Below, in pieces: positions 52,244 to 62,357 of a stretch of 64,000 nt of DNA. Position 1 is the stretch's first letter; each line of letters opens with the position of its first letter. This stretch comes from an uncultured Candidatus Rokubacteria bacterium (GTDB lineage: Bacteria > Methylomirabilota > Methylomirabilia > Rokubacteriales > CSP1-6), in NCBI GenBank assembly GCA_963754315.1, contig CAVWFS010000010.1, positions 64,001-128,000 of the forward strand, written 5' to 3'. Made by a program: the position numbers and the translations under genes. The notes below the pieces were generated by a model. It was not told the origin of the DNA, did not search any database, and saw only the letters and a list, made by a program, of their open reading frames with translations.

Positions 52244-53362
52244 ATGCACGATGTGCGTGTCATCGGCCTTGTGAAGACGTTCGGGAGCGTGGTCGCCGTT
52301 GACCACCTGACCTTCGAAGCGAAGGCCGGGCAATTTCTCACCTTGCTCGGCCCGAGCGGCTGCGGAAAGACCACGACCCTGCGGCTGGTGGCCGGACTCG
52401 AGCGCCCTGATCACGGCCAGGTTCTCCTGGGTGGCCGGCCCCTTTCATCGTCGGAGGATGGCATCTTCGTGCCGCCGGAACGCCGCGGCATGGGAATGGT
52501 CTTCCAGAGTTACGCGATCTGGCCCCACATGACGGTCTTCGAGAACGTCGCCTTTCCGTTGCAGGAGCTTCGCGTGCCGCGTCGCGAGATCCGCGACCGG
52601 GTCATGGCCATTCTAGACACGGTCGGGCTGGGACGGCTGCACGCGCGTCCGGCGCCCATGCTGTCGGGGGGCCAGCAGCAACGGGTAGCGCTCGCGCGGG
52701 CCCTGGTGTCAAACCCCGAGGTGCTCCTGCTCGACGAGCCGCTGTCGAATCTGGACGCGCGCCTGCGGGAGGAGATGCGGTTCGAGCTGCGCGACATGCA
52801 GGCCCGGCTCGGTATCACCAGCATCTTCGTCACCCACGACCAGGCCGAAGCCATGACCTTGTCGGACCACATCATCGTGATGAACGCCGGCCGCATCGAG
52901 CAGGCCGGGAGCCCGGAGGAGGTCCATCAGCGACCTCGCACGCGGTTCGTCATGGATTTCCTTGGTCGGGCCAACCAGCTACCGGCCCGGCTCACCCGCG
53001 CCGGTGACGGTTGGACGGCCGTGGTTGACGGCAACGGCTTCGGGTTGCCGGTCGGAGGCAATGCCTGGGTGGAGGGGCAGGAAGTCACCCTGGCCTTTCG
53101 GCCCGAGGGCGTCGAGGCCTGCGCGGCGGAATCCGGCGGCGCGTGGGTCGGTGTCGTGCGCTCTTCGGTCTACATCGGTGGCCATGTCGAATACGTGGTC
53201 GAGCTGGGTGGGTTTGCGCTGAGGGCGATCGGTCCGCTGGACCCGCGGTTGCCCCACGAGTCCCCCGCGCGCCTCAGCGTGTCGCCCCACGCACTGCGCG
53301 TCTGGCCCAGAGAGGACGATGGCGCCCCGCCGTCACACCGCGGCGAAAGGAGGCAGGGATGA
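52244..53362 (+). CDS. ABC ATPase (PotA/FbpC-like)
   Basis: [37 protein letters not shown]. Confidence 0.9.
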   Translation: MHDVRVIGLVKTFGSVVAVDHLTFEAKAGQFLTLLGPSGCGKTTTLRLVAGLERPDHGQVLLGGRPLSSSEDGIFVPPERRGMGMVFQSYAIWPHMTVFENVAFPLQELRVPRREIRDRVMAILDTVGLGRLHARPAPMLSGGQQQRVALARALVSNPEVLLLDEPLSNLDARLREEMRFELRDMQARLGITSIFVTHDQAEAMTLSDHIIVMNAGRIEQAGSPEEVHQRPRTRFVMDFLGRANQLPARLTRAGDGWTAVVDGNGFGLPVGGNAWVEGQEVTLAFRPEGVEACAAESGGAWVGVVRSSVYIGGHVEYVVELGGFALRAIGPLDPRLPHESPARLSVSPHALRVWPREDDGAPPSHRGERRQG

Positions 53363-54513
53363 AGAGGTGGCGAGTGCTACCGCTGGTCGTGGGAGTGTTG
53401 GTCCTCGTCGTAATTGGCTGGATCGCTCCGGACATGCTCCGGGCGCAGGGGCGCGTGCCTGCCGCGGCGCCGGCGGCGTCGGATCCGGCTGCGTCGCAGG
53501 CGAAGTTCCAGGCGGCCACGGCCGAGTGGAAGAACAAAATCGTTCCGGCCGCCAAGAAAGAGGGCGAGGTCATCTGGTACAGCTGTGCCCAGGCAACGGA
53601 GGCCGAGGGGACCATCAAGGCCTTCAACAAGGCCTACCCCGACATTCAGGTGAGCCAGGTCCTCGGCCCCGGCTATCAGCTCGTGGAGAAGATCAGCACC
53701 GAGGCCGCGGCGGGACGACTGCAGGCCGACGTCTACCAGTGTGGTGGCCAGAGCGGGCGCACCTTGGCCTGGCGCGGCCTCGGTGAAGACTTCATCCCCC
53801 CCACCGCGCTCGATCCGAACGTGAAATGGCGCTGGCCGGTCATCAACCCCGAGACACATCTGGCCGGTGTGTTCGCGAGCGTCAGCGGCTTCAACATCAA
53901 CACCAAGCTCGTGCCGCCGGAGAAGTACCCCAAGAGCTACTGGGACCTCGTGCGCGATCCGTACTGGGTCGACCTCATCAAGCGCAAGCGGGTGGCCTTC
54001 ACGGATCCCCGCATCGCCAACATCGGTGTCTATCACACCTACGGGCTGAAGGACGTGAACGGCAAGGAGTACGGCGAGGCCTGGGTGCGCGAGTTCGCCG
54101 GGCTCAAGCCGAAGCTGCTCGGGTTCAACGAATCCGGCGAGGTGGCCCGCGGTGAGCTTCATGCCATGCTGGGCGGCCCCTGGCGCGTGGAGTACAACCT
54201 CGGCACCGTGCCCATCACGAAAATCTGTTTGGAGCCGGGCTGCGTGAGCACGCAGTCGCCGCTCTTCGCCGTGGTGAAGGGCGCGCCCCATCCCAACGCG
54301 GCCAAGGTCTTCGTCGATTTCATGCTGAGCAAGGAGTATGCGGAGTGGCGCGTGCAGTCGCTCGGCAACACCCCCGCCCGCGCCGATGTGGCGCCGCGGC
54401 CGCTGGATGACCCCGGCAAGTACAAGCTGCAGTTCGCGGCCGACGATCGGGCCGAGCGGCAGATCACCGAGGTCCTGAAGTGGGTCATCGCCAGTAAGCT
54501 CTTCGACTACTAG
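53359..54513 (+). CDS. ABC substrate-binding protein (Fe3+/thiamine-type cluster)
   Basis: Signal peptide, AAKKEGEVIWY, NTKLVP...PKSYWDL, KGAPHPNAAKVFVDFMLS. Confidence 0.85.
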   Translation: MKRWRVLPLVVGVLVLVVIGWIAPDMLRAQGRVPAAAPAASDPAASQAKFQAATAEWKNKIVPAAKKEGEVIWYSCAQATEAEGTIKAFNKAYPDIQVSQVLGPGYQLVEKISTEAAAGRLQADVYQCGGQSGRTLAWRGLGEDFIPPTALDPNVKWRWPVINPETHLAGVFASVSGFNINTKLVPPEKYPKSYWDLVRDPYWVDLIKRKRVAFTDPRIANIGVYHTYGLKDVNGKEYGEAWVREFAGLKPKLLGFNESGEVARGELHAMLGGPWRVEYNLGTVPITKICLEPGCVSTQSPLFAVVKGAPHPNAAKVFVDFMLSKEYAEWRVQSLGNTPARADVAPRPLDDPGKYKLQFAADDRAERQITEVLKWVIASKLFDY

Positions 54514-54515
54514 CC

Positions 54516-56270
54516 ATGGCGACGGTGGCGGAGCTGACCAGGATCGGGCTCGCGCGGCGGCCGCGGCTGCGCGCGTGGCTCGCGCTGCCCACCCTGCTGC
54601 TGATCCTGGTCGCCGTGCTCACCGTCACACCGGTCGTGACTGCATTGCTCGCCGGGTTCAGGGACGCGCCGCCTGGCCGCCCCGGGGCCATCACCTGGGA
54701 GTCGATCAAGGCCTCGGTCGCCGTGATGATGGATCCGGACGTGTGGCAGATCCTCTGGACCACCGTCTGGCTTTCGACGGTGCGTGCGTTACTCGCCCTG
54801 GCCCTGGCCATCGTGCTGGCCTGGATCATCGCTCGCACCGACTGTCCGTTCCGCAACCAGCTCGAGTTTCTGCTGATCCTTTCGTTCTTCTTTCCTTTAC
54901 TGGGCAAGGTGCTGGGGTGGGCCTTGCTGCTCAGTCCCCAGAAGGGGTACCTCAACCAGCTATTGCGCCAGCTGCCGTTCTTCAGCGGTGACAGCGGCCC
55001 GCTGGACGTGTTCTCGTACGGCGGCCTGATATTCGTGAGCGTCACCGGCTGGGCCACCTTGCTCACGATTTTTCTGGTGCCCGCCTTTCGCAACATGGAC
55101 GCGGCGCTGGAGGAATCGGCCAGGATGTGTGGGGCCTCTCCGCGGCGAACCGTTCAGCGGATCCTGGTGCCCCTGCTACGCCCCGCCATTCTGGCGGCCT
55201 TCATCCTGTCCCTCACCCGATTGCTGTCCTCGTTCGAGACGGAGGTGTTCCTGGGGACCAGCTCGGGCATCTACGTGCTGACCAACAAGATCTACGAGCG
55301 CATGGTCCAGATCTTTCCGCCCGACTTCCGGGCCGGTATGACCATGGCCGTCATGTTGCTGGTCATTACCTTTGCGCTCGTCCTGATCAACTGGCGGTTC
55401 CTCGGACGGCGGGATTACACGACCGTCACCGGGCGCGGCTACTCGGCACGGCCGATGACCTTGGGCCGGCTACGCTGGGTGGCCTTCGGTTTCGTGGTCC
55501 TGTTCTTCGTGATCTCGGTGGTGCTGCCGGCGGTCATGCTCATCCAGACGAGCTTCATCCGCTTCATCGGGCTCGATGTCCTCGACTCGGCCAGCTATAC
55601 GCTCGACAACTGGCGCCGGATGCTGACCCTGCGCGTGAACCGCCTGGCCCTGACCAACAGTCTGATCATGAGCACCGTGGCCACCACGTGTGGAATGCTG
55701 CTCTACTCGATCGTGTCCTATGTGGTCACGCGAAGCCGTTACAAGGGCCGACGACTCCTTGACCTGGCCGCCTGGGTGCCGTGGGCGGTGCCGTCCCTGG
55801 TTCTCGGGCTCGGCATCCTGTGGGCGGTGCTGCTCTCGCCGCTGGCCGTGCTGTACGGGACGCTCAGCGTCCTGATCCTGGCCCACATCGTGCGGGGCTT
55901 TCCCTTCGGCACCCAGATCATGGGTGCGTCCATGATCCAGATCAGCCGCGAGCTGGAAGAGGCGGCCCGCATCCATCGAGCCTCATGGCCCTCGACCTTT
56001 CGACGGATCTGGTTGCCGCTCGTGAAGAACGGCTTCGTGGCGGGCTGGGTGATCCAGTTCACCGTGTCGTTCAGTGACCTGGCCACCGTGGCCTTCCTCT
56101 ATGGTTCGAAATCAACCGTGCTCCCCACGCTCTTCCTGAGTCAATGGTCCAACGGGCGTCTGGAGGAGGCGGCCGTGGCCGCCCTCATGATGACGGGCAT
56201 CGTGCTGGCGGTGGTCGTCGTCGTCCGCCGGCTTGTGCAAGGCAGCGTGCGGACGCCCACGGTGGCCTAG
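54516..56270 (+). CDS. Duplicated-domain ABC permease (FbpB-like)
   Basis: Two EAA loops (LEESARMCGA, LEEAARIHRA) and about 12 hydrophobic segments. Confidence 0.88.
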   Translation: MATVAELTRIGLARRPRLRAWLALPTLLLILVAVLTVTPVVTALLAGFRDAPPGRPGAITWESIKASVAVMMDPDVWQILWTTVWLSTVRALLALALAIVLAWIIARTDCPFRNQLEFLLILSFFFPLLGKVLGWALLLSPQKGYLNQLLRQLPFFSGDSGPLDVFSYGGLIFVSVTGWATLLTIFLVPAFRNMDAALEESARMCGASPRRTVQRILVPLLRPAILAAFILSLTRLLSSFETEVFLGTSSGIYVLTNKIYERMVQIFPPDFRAGMTMAVMLLVITFALVLINWRFLGRRDYTTVTGRGYSARPMTLGRLRWVAFGFVVLFFVISVVLPAVMLIQTSFIRFIGLDVLDSASYTLDNWRRMLTLRVNRLALTNSLIMSTVATTCGMLLYSIVSYVVTRSRYKGRRLLDLAAWVPWAVPSLVLGLGILWAVLLSPLAVLYGTLSVLILAHIVRGFPFGTQIMGASMIQISRELEEAARIHRASWPSTFRRIWLPLVKNGFVAGWVIQFTVSFSDLATVAFLYGSKSTVLPTLFLSQWSNGRLEEAAVAALMMTGIVLAVVVVVRRLVQGSVRTPTVA

Positions 56271-56311
56271 CCGAGATCGAGACCCTGGCGGGTTCGAAAG
56301 GAGAACGCGCG

Positions 56312-57677
56312 ATGCTATCGAGAGAGGACAACGAGCTGCTCTGCCGCGTTGGCCCCGGCACTGCCATGGGCACCCTCATGCGCCAGTACTGGATTCCTGC
56401 CCTCATGTCGAGCGAATTGCCGGAGCCCGATGGCCCGCCCGTGCGGGTGACGACTGCTGGGCGAGAACCTCGTCGCCTTCCGGGTCACCTCGGGCAAGGT
56501 CGGGCTCATCCAGAGCAACTGCCCCCACCGCGGGGCCTCGCTCTTCTTCGGGCGCAACGAAGAAGAGGGTCTGCGCTGCGTCTATCACGGCTGGAAGTAC
56601 GACTGTGAGGGCGCCTGCGTCGACATGCCGAGCGAGCCGGAGGAGAGCACCTTCAAGTCGCGGGTGCGCGCGCGCGCCTATCCCTGCCTCGAGCGGAACG
56701 ACATCGTCTGGACGTACATGGGGTCGCGATCCACGCCGCCGCCCTTGCCCGACATCGAGCCGAACCTCCTGGCCCAGGGCGAGTACGCCAACCAGAAGGT
56801 CCTGCGCGAGTGCAACTGGTTCCAGGCGCTCGAGGGCGACATCGACACCGGGCACCTGAGTTTTCTGCACCTGGGCGCTGTCCAGCCGGAGAACACCAAG
56901 CCTGGCAGTTTCGACTACTACCTGGTCAAGGACCGAGCGCCCCGCTACGAGGTGGTCGACACGGAGTTCGGCACGTCCTACGGCGCCTATCGTCCGGCCG
57001 AGGAGGACACGTACTACTGGCGGATCGCCCACTTCTTGTTCCCGTTCTACACGATGATCCCCACCGGCATTCTCGGCATGCAGGTCCTCGTCCGCGCCTG
57101 GGTCCCGATCGACGACGAGCATGTGATGTTCTGGAGCATGGCGGCCCCGCATTCGCGGATGGGTACCGGCGCCACCGGCGGGGCGTCCGGGCTCACGGCA
57201 GGGGGCCGGCCGGTGGGGGCGGCCGGCAGCCGACCGGGCGGCTTCGAGTTCCTGCCGGACACCACGGACTGGCTCGGCAAGTTCCGACTCACCCAGCACA
57301 AGGACAACGACTATCTGATCGATCGTGAAGCGCAGCGCCGGGAGAGCTTCACCGGCATCGCTGGAATCCATCAGCAGGACCAGGCGGTGACGGAGAGCAT
57401 GGGCCCGATCTACGACCGCACGCAGGAGCATCTCGGCAGCTCGGACGCGATGGTGATCCGGACGCGCCGGCGCGCGATCAACGCGGCTCGGGCTCTGCGC
57501 GACGAGGGGGTCGTTCCGCCTGGCGTCGACGACCCGAAGGTGTACCGCCATCGCTCGGGCGGCGTGATCCTGCCGCGCGAGGCCAACTGGCTGGAGGCGA
57601 CGAAGGATGTGCGCCGGGCGTTCGGCGATGGAAAGCCGGCGGCGACGGTGACCCCGGCCATCAGCGGGGGCGAGTAG
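56312..57677 (+). CDS. Rieske non-heme iron oxygenase (phthalate 4,5-dioxygenase/LigX-like), frameshift at ~56449
   Basis: VGPGTAMGTLMRQYWIP, then CPHRGASL...LRCVYHGW (Rieske ligands), ECNWFQALEGDIDTGHLSFLH, QDQAVTESMG, EHLGSSD. Confidence 0.88.
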
Positions 57678-57691
57678 CGCACGAAGGCACA

Positions 57692-57729
57692 TTGCTGAAC
57701 AGGACGTCCAAATGTACTCTTGGGAGTAC
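57692..57729 (+). promoter_or_regulatory. Sigma70-like promoter with an overlapping inverted repeat (candidate antitoxin operator)
   Basis: TTGCTG-17 bp-TACTCT. GTACTC-ttgg-GAGTAC overlaps the -10 element. Confidence 0.55.
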
Positions 57730-57745
57730 GGAAGGAGGTACGCCG

Positions 57746-58021
57746 ATGCCGAAGGTCCCGGATATCATCCCGATCACCGATCTTCGTCAGGACGCCGCCA
57801 CGGCTCTGAAGCGGGTGCGAGCCACCAAGCAGCCTCTCGTCATTACGCAGCGAGGGAGGGCAGCGGCCGTCATGATCAGCGTCGAGGCCTACGAGCGTGC
57901 CGAGCACGAGCGACAGATTCTGCTGATACTCGCTCGCGGCGAGCGCGAGATTCGCACGGAGAAGGGGCATGATCTTGACGAGGTTATGGGAGAGGCCGAT
58001 CGTCTGCTCGCCGACACGTGA
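57746..58021 (+). CDS. Phd/YefM antitoxin
   Basis: IIPITDLRQDA...PLVITQRGRAAAVMISVEAYE. RBS AAGGAGG. Confidence 0.88.
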   Translation: MPKVPDIIPITDLRQDAATALKRVRATKQPLVITQRGRAAAVMISVEAYERAEHERQILLILARGEREIRTEKGHDLDEVMGEADRLLADT

Positions 58022-58323
58022 GGGTGCGGGTCCGCTTCACGCGATCTGGGCGAAGCCAATTCTTAGCCGCGCTCGCATACATCCTGCGTGATAATCCCGC
58101 GGCCGCCGGACGGTTCAGAAAGCGAGCTGAACGTGTGCTACGCCGGCTTGAGCAGTTTCCGGAGTCGGGTCGTGTTCTTCCCGAATTCCCCGACCTTCCC
58201 TATCGCGAGGTTATCGTGGCACCGTACCGCTTTTTCTATCGGGTTGCAGGTGAGACCGTCTGGGTCGTTGGTGTGTGGCATGGGGCTCAGATTCCGGAGG
58301 AACCGGGCCGTGGTGGCTCATAG
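58018..58323 (+). CDS. RelE/ParE-family toxin
   Basis: YILRDNPAAA, LEQFPESGRVLPE, REVIVAPYRFFYRV, VWHGAQ. Confidence 0.88.
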   Translation: MRVRVRFTRSGRSQFLAALAYILRDNPAAAGRFRKRAERVLRRLEQFPESGRVLPEFPDLPYREVIVAPYRFFYRVAGETVWVVGVWHGAQIPEEPGRGGS

Positions 58324-58406
58324 CAGGGTTTTCCAGAGCGTGGCTGGCCAACAACGGCCCAGCAGAACGTGCCTGGCGCACTGCTGAGCGCGGAGGCGTG
58401 CCTACT

Positions 58407-59348
58407 ATGCCCAGTACGAGCTTGAAGATCGCGATCGCGACCTACCCGCACACGCAGGGTCTCAAGGACGGGCGCGTGACCGTCCCCGGCCTCCAGCTGG
58501 AGCACGTCGAAGTGAGCCCGATCGTAGGGGCATTTCGGCGCATGTGCCGGGGGCTCGAATTCGACGTGTGCGAGATGGCCATCACGACCTACCTGACGGC
58601 CAAGGCATACGGAAAGCCCTTCACGGCGCTGCCGGTGTTCGTCATGCGGCAGTTCCACCACGCGCCGATTGTCTACAACGTGAAGGCCGGCGTGGTGTCG
58701 CCGAAGGACCTCGAGGGCAAGAAGGTTGGGGTGCGCGCCTACACCGTCACCACCGGCGTGTGGGCACGGGGCATCCTCGCCTCGGAGTATGGCGTCGATC
58801 TCGATAAGGTGACCTGGGTCGTGAACGACGAGGAACACGTGCAGGAGTACCAGAAGGCGTACCCACCGAACGTGGTGTACCAGGCGGGAGCGAACCTGGC
58901 AGAGATGGTCGCCAAGGGCGAGCTGGCGGCTGCCATCGGGGCGGGGAAGGTCGACTCCTCCGATGTCAAACCGCTCATCTCCAACGCCGCCGAAGCGGAG
59001 GCCGCCTGGTACCGCAAGACGGGAATCTATCCGATCAACCACACGGTGGTGGTGAAGGATTCGCTCTTGCAGGCTGACACGAGCTTGGCGCCGCGGCTGT
59101 TCCAGGCGTTCAGGGAGGCGAAGGAGATCTTTCTGACACAGCTCGCCGCAGGGGGCGAGCTGTCCGGCGAGGCTCGCGTGCTGGCGGACCGCCGCCCGGT
59201 GGTGGGCGACGATCCATTGCCGAACGGCGTGTCCCGCAATCGCAAGGCGCTGGAAGCGGTCATCCGGTTCGCCCACGACCAGAAGATCCTGCCGAGGCCC
59301 GTGAAGCCCGAGGAGATCTTCGTCGCCAACACGCTCGGGCTGGAGTAG
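58407..59348 (+). CDS. 4,5-dihydroxyphthalate decarboxylase-like (OphC/Pht5 family) protein
   Basis: FDVCEMAITTYL, FTALPVF, DLEGKKVGVRAYTVTTGVWARGIL, TGIYPINHTVVV. Confidence 0.75.
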   Translation: MPSTSLKIAIATYPHTQGLKDGRVTVPGLQLEHVEVSPIVGAFRRMCRGLEFDVCEMAITTYLTAKAYGKPFTALPVFVMRQFHHAPIVYNVKAGVVSPKDLEGKKVGVRAYTVTTGVWARGILASEYGVDLDKVTWVVNDEEHVQEYQKAYPPNVVYQAGANLAEMVAKGELAAAIGAGKVDSSDVKPLISNAAEAEAAWYRKTGIYPINHTVVVKDSLLQADTSLAPRLFQAFREAKEIFLTQLAAGGELSGEARVLADRRPVVGDDPLPNGVSRNRKALEAVIRFAHDQKILPRPVKPEEIFVANTLGLE

Positions 59349-59396
59349 AGTCCACCAAGTAGACGTCACTAACCACGGCCACGCAGCGAGGACACG

Positions 59397-60407
59397 ATGA
59401 TCATCGACTGTCACGGCCACTACACGACGGCTCCCAAGGAGCTGGAGGCCTTCCGCCAGCAGCAGATCGCCGCCCTCAGTAACCCGCCGCACGCGCGCCC
59501 GAAGGGGACGCTGAGCATCAGCGACGATCAGATCCGCGAGTCGCTGGAGAAGGCGCAGCTCAAGCTCCAGCGCGAGCGCGGGACGGACGTGACGATCTTC
59601 TCGCCCCGCGCGGCGGGGATGGCCCACCACATCGGTGATGCCACCACCAGCCTGCACTGGGCGCAGGTGTGCAACGATCTCATCCACCGCGCCTGCATGC
59701 TCTACCCCGACAACTTCGTGGGCGTCTGCCAACTGCCGCAGTCGCCGGGGGTGGCGCCGGCCAACTGTATCGAGGAGCTTGAGCGTTGCGTGAAGGACCT
59801 CGGCTTCGTGGGCTGTAACCTGAACCCCGATCCGTCAGGCGGATACTGGAAGGACCCGCCGCTCACCGACAAGTGGTGGTACCCGTTCTACGAGAAGATG
59901 GTGGAGCTGGACGTGCCGGCCATGATCCACGTGAGCGCGTCCTGCAACCCCAACTTCCATACGACCGGCGGGCACTATATCAACGGCGACACCACCGCCT
60001 TCATGCAGCTCATCACCGCCGATTTGTTCAAGGACTTTCCGACCTTGCGCTTCATCATCCCTCACGGAGGCGGCGCGGTACCCTATCACTGGGGCCGCTA
60101 CCGGGGCCTCGCTCAGGATCTGAAGCGGCCGCCCCTGGCCGAGCACCTGCTGAACAACGTGTTCTTCGACACCTGCGTCTATCACCAGCCCGGGATCGAC
60201 CTGCTCCTGAAGGTGATTCCCGTCGACAACATTCTGTTCGCCTCCGAGATGGTGGGCGCCGTGCGTGGCGTGGACCCCACCACGGGTCACTACTACGACG
60301 ACACCAAGCGCTACCTGGACGCTGCCTCGCTCGGCGAGGCCGACAAACGCAAGATCTTCGAGGGCAACGCGCGGCGCGTGTATCGCCGCATGAAGCTGAG
60401 GGGGTAA
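59397..60407 (+). CDS. ligJ: 4-oxalomesaconate hydratase
   Basis: MIIDCHGHYTTAP, IFSPRA, NLNPDPSGG, IPHGGGAVPYHWGRYRG, LFASEMVGAVRG. Confidence 0.9.
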   Translation: MIIDCHGHYTTAPKELEAFRQQQIAALSNPPHARPKGTLSISDDQIRESLEKAQLKLQRERGTDVTIFSPRAAGMAHHIGDATTSLHWAQVCNDLIHRACMLYPDNFVGVCQLPQSPGVAPANCIEELERCVKDLGFVGCNLNPDPSGGYWKDPPLTDKWWYPFYEKMVELDVPAMIHVSASCNPNFHTTGGHYINGDTTAFMQLITADLFKDFPTLRFIIPHGGGAVPYHWGRYRGLAQDLKRPPLAEHLLNNVFFDTCVYHQPGIDLLLKVIPVDNILFASEMVGAVRGVDPTTGHYYDDTKRYLDAASLGEADKRKIFEGNARRVYRRMKLRG

Positions 60408-60416
60408 GAGTCAGCC

Positions 60417-61277
60417 ATGGCAGAGATTCCGCGCCTCAACGGTGTGATCCGGGCCCTGGAGCAGGGCAAGACCGCGTTCGTGGGCTTCGCGCCGGTGGAC
60501 ATCGAGACGGCCACCGCGTTGGCCAGCTCCACTTTCGACGGTGTCGCCTTCGAGATGGAGCATGCGCCCATGAGCGCCCCGGCGCTGCGGGACGCATTGC
60601 AGTACATGCTGGATCGGCGGCAGATCCTCGACTCGGGAACCTTGACGCCGAAGGTGACGCCGCTCGTGCGCATTCCCCCGAATGGCGGCGAGATGAACCA
60701 GTGGATCGCCAAGCAGGTGCTGGACATCGGCGTGTTCGGCATCATCTTTCCGCACGTGAGCACGGTGGAGGAGGCGCGCAATGCCGTGGGCGCCTGCCGC
60801 TACCCTCGCCGGCCAGAGGCGCCTCGCTACGACCCGCCCGGCATTCGTGGCGATGCGCCGGTGCGTGCGGCGCGCTACTGGGGGCTGTCCCAGCAGGACT
60901 ACTACGCACGGGCTGACGTGTGGCCGCTGGCGCCGCAGGGCGAGATTTTGGCCATCATCCAGTGCGAAGAGGTTCGCGCTATCGAGAACCTGCCGCGAAT
61001 CCTGGACGAGGTGAAGGGCATTGGGGTGGTGCTGATCGGCGAGGGTGATCTCAGCCAGGAGCTGGGCCACCCGCGGGAGTACGAGCACCCCGTAGTGGCG
61101 GAGGCGATCAATCGCATCCTCAAGATCTGCCAGGATCACAACGTGCCGTGCGGGCACCCACACCCGGACGCCAAGAACATCGAGCGGCTGATCGCGAGCG
61201 GGTATCGGTTCCTCATGCCGAGCGCGCCGCGCTCGTTCGCGGTACTGGAGCAGGGGAGGAAGCTGGCGGGACGGTGA
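60417..61277 (+). CDS. HpcH/HpaI-family aldolase
   Basis: FEMEHAP, LVRIPPNGGE, KQVLDIG, AVGACRYP, LIGEGDLS. Confidence 0.85.
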   Translation: MAEIPRLNGVIRALEQGKTAFVGFAPVDIETATALASSTFDGVAFEMEHAPMSAPALRDALQYMLDRRQILDSGTLTPKVTPLVRIPPNGGEMNQWIAKQVLDIGVFGIIFPHVSTVEEARNAVGACRYPRRPEAPRYDPPGIRGDAPVRAARYWGLSQQDYYARADVWPLAPQGEILAIIQCEEVRAIENLPRILDEVKGIGVVLIGEGDLSQELGHPREYEHPVVAEAINRILKICQDHNVPCGHPHPDAKNIERLIASGYRFLMPSAPRSFAVLEQGRKLAGR

Positions 61278-61355
61278 CGGGCTCTCGACGAGAACGGGAG
61301 ATTACTACGGCCACTTGGGCGCCTAGCGACGGGCTCGATGCTATCGTAGAGGGCG

Positions 61356-61863
61356 ATGAGATTCTCTACGCTGACGCTGGTGCCGAGCTCGATGCTCGCT
61401 GGTCAAGGCAGCTGCCCGAGGGCGGCTTCCAATCGCACGGGCTCTGGGGCAGTCGTTCCTTTACGGCTCTACGACTGCGCGGGCTGAGGCGAGGCCGAGA
61501 CGAGGTGATCGTTGACCTTTTCGTCGTGAGCAGGATAACCTTCCCGAGGCGTTCAGCGATCGGTTGCGACTCCTCCAGAAGTCTCGGCGCTCTGGCTCTC
61601 TGCGAGGGAAGATCGCACTGATCGCCAAAACCAGGAACGAGTTCGAGGCTGGCTTTCCGTCGTATTACCTGGATCTTGGTCTGGATGGCATCGTTCTGTA
61701 TGACCGGGAGCGGTACATGGAGGGCAAGATCGACCGCATCCGAGACCTCATCGATCTCGCCGGCCTGACACGGCGACGTATCAATCGAGGATTCGTCTGG
61801 CGGTGGCGCGAGCCGCCGATCGGGCACTGGCGTATCGACTGGAGCGGCGTCCACGGACAGTGA
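61356..61863 (+). pseudogene. Minimal nucleotidyltransferase (MNT antitoxin-like), multiply frameshifted
   Basis: Fragments AVV/LYGS and VDLFVV lie in shifting frames. The C-terminus YYLDLGLDGIVLYDR...WRW is intact. Confidence 0.55.
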
Positions 61864-62357
61864 GCGGGACGTCGCCTACCGCCTGCGGCTGGCCGACGGC
61901 TTCCTGGGCGAGGCCGAAGAGGATCTGCGGCTCCGGCGCTGGCGCTCCGCCGTCGACAATGCTCAACTGTCGGTGGAGAACTCTGTCAAAGCCGTCATCG
62001 CACGTTACGCGCCGATTCCGCGGTCGCACGACCTCGTGGGCCTGACTGGACGAACTGCGAGCTTCACGCCGCTTCGGACCTGCCGAAGATGAGGCCATAT
62101 CGATGTTGAAAGCGTGCGCGACCGAACTCGGTTACGAGCAGCACGTTCGCTCGGACTACGGCGAGGAGGCAAGTTTCAGGACACCCTGGGAACTGTTTGG
62201 ACAGGCCGATGCCGAAAGCGCCGTCGGAACAGCGCAGCGCGCACGCTCCATCGCGCGGCGGGTACTGGAGCGGACCTCAGGATCGCTGAGACCCAGGACG
62301 GACCGTCGTCGACGCGCACTGCGCTACTGCGGGTGTGTCCGCAACCAGTCGATGTAG
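61860..62357 (+). pseudogene. HEPN-domain protein, frameshifted
   Basis: RLADGFLGEAEEDL...AQLSVENSVKAVI...PRSHDL, a shift at ~62045, then HVRSDYG...DAESAV. Confidence 0.65.
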
